Shown: positions 62,867 to 64,000 of the stretch, in pieces
How positions within the stretch are numbered: the stretch's first letter is position 1
Layout of the letters: each line of letters opens with the position of its first letter
Source: Candidatus Methanomethylophilaceae archaeon
Lineage (GTDB): Archaea; Thermoplasmatota; Thermoplasmata; Methanomassiliicoccales; Methanomethylophilaceae
DNA: 64,000 bases
Assembly (NCBI GenBank): GCA_944320495.1
Contig: CALUHR010000013.1
Coordinates: 352,001-416,000 of the forward strand
Direction: 5' to 3'
Position numbers and translations under genes: made by a program
The notes under the pieces: generated by a model
The model's database searches: none
Seen by the model: only the letters and a program-made list of their open reading frames with translations
What the model was told of the DNA's origin: nothing

Positions 62867-63964
62867 TCAATAGAGCTGCTCGGAACAGTACGGGCAGAAC
62901 TTAGGCGTCTTGGGGAGGCCGGAGATGTTCTGTCCGCAGTAGGGGCAGCTGTTGAACTTCGGGGGCTCGCCGAGTGCGGCGGGCTGAGCGGGCTGCTGCG
63001 TCTGGACGGGAGCGCCCTGGGGCTGCATCTGTGGGGAAGGCTTGCCGCAGTTGCTGCAGAACTTGTACGGGAAGTCGTTGGGGGATCCGCAGTAGGGGCA
63101 GAGCACCTTGGGCGCCTGCTGGGCCGCCTGGGGCTGGCCCTGGACCCCGTAGAGCGGCTGCTGCTGGAGCTGCTGGTACATCTGCGGGAACAGGAGCATG
63201 CCGGTGCCCATCGCGGCCCCTCCGTCGGAGGCGCCTATGGCGTCGGCCATTCTGTCCATGACCTCGTATCTCTTGAACGCCTCTCCGTTGGCGCTGCTGA
63301 ACTGGAGGTACTCGAAGATCTTCTTCTGGTCCTCGTCGGTGGTGCGCACCTCGTTGATCTTCAGAGAGAGGAGCTCGATCCCCCTCTGCTGGAAGTACTG
63401 CTCCACCATGACCTTCGTGGTGGTGGAGGCCTTCTCGAGGTTGTTGTAGACGTCCATGTAGTACTGCTTCGTCAGCTGCTGGGTGATCTGCTCGTTGATG
63501 AAGCCCTTCATGAACGCGTTGACGTCGCCGGTGGAGTAGGACGCCAGTCCTCCGAGGACCTGGGTGTAGAACACCGGCACGTCGCTGATGCGGAACTGGA
63601 AGTCCCCGTTGGACATCAGGGTGATCGGGACCTCGTATCCCGGTGCGGCCTTTATCATCCCGCGGATGCCCCACTTCCCGTTGAACATCTTCAGCGAGAC
63701 GAAGATGATCTGCACCTTGAACGGGGTCTCCTTGTAGCCCAGGGCGAGGTTGTACAGCTTCGTCAGCCAGGGGATGTTGGCGGACGTCACCATGTGCCTT
63801 CCGGGCTCGAGTACGCCCGAGAGCTGTCCGTCCCTGGCGAAGATCGCCACGGCGTGCTCCGGCACGGTGACGGACGTGAGCGTCCTGAGGTCGTCGTGCT
63901 CGTACGCGTAGATGATGTCGTCCGGGCCCTGGTTCTCCCAGAACACTACGTTGCTCTTGCCCAT
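62867..63964 (-). CDS. SPFH-domain protein with Gln-rich linker and double zinc ribbons
   Basis: VPEHAVAIFARDG, GKWG, CPYCG..CSNCG, CPYCG..CPYC. Confidence 0.82.
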   Translation of the reverse strand: MGKSNVVFWENQGPDDIIYAYEHDDLRTLTSVTVPEHAVAIFARDGQLSGVLEPGRHMVTSANIPWLTKLYNLALGYKETPFKVQIIFVSLKMFNGKWGIRGMIKAAPGYEVPITLMSNGDFQFRISDVPVFYTQVLGGLASYSTGDVNAFMKGFINEQITQQLTKQYYMDVYNNLEKASTTTKVMVEQYFQQRGIELLSLKINEVRTTDEDQKKIFEYLQFSSANGEAFKRYEVMDRMADAIGASDGGAAMGTGMLLFPQMYQQLQQQPLYGVQGQPQAAQQAPKVLCPYCGSPNDFPYKFCSNCGKPSPQMQPQGAPVQTQQPAQPAALGEPPKFNSCPYCGQNISGLPKTPKFCPYCSEQLY

Positions 63965-64000
63965 CAGGCATCAGCCTCCTGCGAATCGAATCCCTTCATT
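63964..64000 (-). CDS. 3' end of an upstream gene cut by window edge
   Basis: ..MKGFDSQEADA-TGA overlapping the SPFH ATG (TGATG). Confidence 0.4.
   Translation of the reverse strand, partial: MKGFDSQEADA

Overview
GC-rich archaeal chromosome segment. Gene content and order point to a Methanomassiliicoccales (Methanomethylophilaceae-like) methanogen. It holds about 70 mostly housekeeping CDS (ribosomal proteins, aIF5B, aIF2-gamma, RFC, CDC48, PCNA, XPD, purH, serA, tkt/tal, AMP phosphorylase, hypE, apt), three tRNAs and a few accessory insertions. Main result: CGA appears to act as a termination codon. In about 35 genes read by eye I found no internal in-frame CGA. In 17 genes the first in-frame CGA falls at or near the family C-terminus, for example directly after the CDC48 HbYX motif FYG. 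Reading CGA as stop removes the implausible long overlaps and fusions in the ORF track and yields neat tail-to-tail junctions. The window also carries the cognate tRNA-Arg(UCG), with a broken 31:39 anticodon-stem pair and C38. Under this reading no gene ends in TAG, and one TAG lies inside a probable CDS, consistent with pyrrolysine use in this order. CDS ends below use CGA as stop where noted. This is an inference from sequence alone and needs a genome-wide codon count and proteomics.
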